DNA from: the human T2T-CHM13v2.0 reference genome, Homo sapiens
NCBI RefSeq assembly: GCF_009914755.1
Contig: NC_060927.1
Length of the DNA: 64,000 nucleotides
Reading direction: 5' to 3' (one strand)
Below the pieces are notes generated by a model, which saw nothing but the letters and a program-made list of their open reading frames with translations, had not been told where the DNA came from and searched no databases. The position numbers and the translations under genes were made by a program. The stretch's first letter is position 1. Every line of letters starts with the position of its first letter. Shown in pieces: positions 62,045-64,000 of the stretch.

Positions 62045-62299
62045 ACATCATTATGCATTTGTCCAAACCCATAGAATGTAGTATACCCAGAGTGAACCCA
62101 AATGTAAACTATGGACTTTGGGTCAGTGTCATTGTAGGTTCATTGATTATAACAAATGTACCACTTTGTGGGGGATATTGGTTATGGGGGAGGTTATGTA
62201 TGTGTGAGGGCAGATGGTACATAAGAAATCTCTGTAGTTTTCTCTCAGTTTTGCTGTGAAGCTAAAACTGCTCTAAAAAATAAAGCTTATTTTAAAAAA
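62045..62299 (+). mobile_element. L1MC 3' UTR terminus, right part
   Basis: ACATCATTATGCATTTGTCCAAACCCATAGAATG...GTAAACTATGGACTTTGGG...CTAAAACTGCTCTAAAAAATAAAG plus A tail. Confidence 0.9.
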
Positions 62300-62680
62300 A
62301 TCACAAAACTTTCTTTGACTCATGTTCTAGTTGGAGCACAAAAGTGGAGAACTGCTATCTTTTCCAAAAGTGTTAAATGAGTTCATGAAACAGGGCTGGT
62401 CACCATTCAAGAGGTATTACATTTCAGTAACAACCCCTTCACCCTAGTCAGAGATTTTTGGCAATTTCTAACATCCAGAAACACAGACAGGAGGCTCGAA
62501 ATGAAAAGAAGCCTCTTGGTATCAAGGAAAACAGTCACAAAGCCCACACACATTAAGCTGGTAATGATCCTCAGATGTCTTACTGTTGAAAAAGCCCAGC
62601 ATGTTAAAGCTCAGGAAGAATCCCTTCAATGGGTTCTTGAGGACAAGACTGTATTTCAGATAGTATAATAATCAGTGTTC

Positions 62681-63063
<383 letters not shown>

Positions 63064-63412
63064 TCAATGAGTAAAGATTATGTTTGGTTTTTGAATATTG
63101 GAAAATGCACCACTCTCTAGCAAGATTTCCAAAAATGCTTACAAGCTGGAGTTTTGGTACAAGGCCTCAGCTGATTTGAGAAATTTTACTTCAGTGTAAG
63201 AGCTTGTTTTCAGATTATCCTGAATGTGTTAATTCTTAATACTCTCCACTCTGGAAAAAAGATAACCACCAAAGCGAGACAGGGCCACAGTGGTTCAGTC
63301 CAAGGAGAGATTTATTGTGAAAATGAAGAGTCAGGGTAACTGTATTCTAGTCTCTCCTCTGCCAAGAACCAGTTGAGTAATATTGACTTCCCTTTGCTTG
63401 CCTCTAAAAATT

Positions 63413-63488
63413 AAGGAAATTAGTTATTTCTGGTTTCTTTCTGGTTTCTAAGGAAATTAGCTGATTTTTGGTTTCTTTCTGGTTCTAA
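63413..63488. repeat. 37-bp tandem duplication
   Basis: AAGGAAATTAG...TTT(C/T)TGGTTTCTTTCTGGTT at 63413 and 63450. Confidence 0.85.
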
Positions 63489-63559
63489 TATTCAAACATG
63501 AAACATGAGGAAACATTAATAGAAAGGAAAAGGTGAATCACATTATGAGCAGGTATCAT

Positions 63560-64000
63560 CCTTTTATTCACTCTGGCCATACTTGTTGAGAGTTCTATTG
63601 AGCTGGCCCATACCAAGCTCTGAGAATACTGTAGTAAGGGAAAGAGCTCCTGTCTTCATGGAGCTTTTTATTTAGTGAGGAAACCAGGCAACAAGCAAAT
63701 AAACCAACAAGTTGAGGAAACAGTCTGAGAACCATAGGAAAGACATCTTTTTTACATGGAATAGGCAGGAAATAGCACCTCTGGGGGAGTTACGTTTGAA
63801 CCTAAGAATGAGCAGAAAAGTTGCATGAAAAATTAGTAAAGAGCATTTCCAGCAGAGGGGCTTGCTAGTATCTAGGCCCTAACAGAGAAGAGAAACTTAG
63901 TAAACTGTACAAACTGAATAAAAAACCAAAACAAAATTTCTAATGACTGAAATAATTAAGTAGGAGTGGCACAAAAAATTTGAACAGGTATGTGGGAGCC
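63560..64000 (-). mobile_element. Degenerate L2
   Basis: CCTGTCTTCATGGAGCTT and GAGCATTTCCAGCAGAGGG, L2 motifs. Confidence 0.65.

Noticed and set aside
62584-62648. Possible minus-strand exon ending at ACA|GTAAGA
   Set aside because: The donor is plausible but the acceptor lacks a pyrimidine tract; support is insufficient.

Overview
Primate (human-like) genomic DNA, not microbial. Positions 1-24.4 kb and 62-64 kb are a dense mosaic of Alu, L1M, L2, MIR, MaLR LTR (MLT1, THE1) and DNA-transposon (MER2, MER30, Charlie) fossils. They also hold a truncated U6 retrocopy and one candidate minus-strand terminal exon (~17400 to ~16720) of a gene I cannot name. The dominant feature is a ~37.65 kb head-to-tail array (24393-62044) of roughly 1000 copies of a 38-bp unit, consensus AGTGAAGCTCCTCTGT(A/G)TGATATCACAGTGGTAGATA(C/T). 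The unit is a single segment of an old L1MC 3' UTR amplified in place, and the L1 resumes in register on the far side. The array has satellite-like higher-order organisation: a 60/70/70/63/63-mer domain, a ~3.7-4.0 kb nested domain, and a CpG-rich dimeric core. Most supplied ORFs are artefacts of Alu, simple-repeat or array sequence. Repeat subfamily names come from my recall of consensus sequences and boundaries are approximate unless a TSD is cited.
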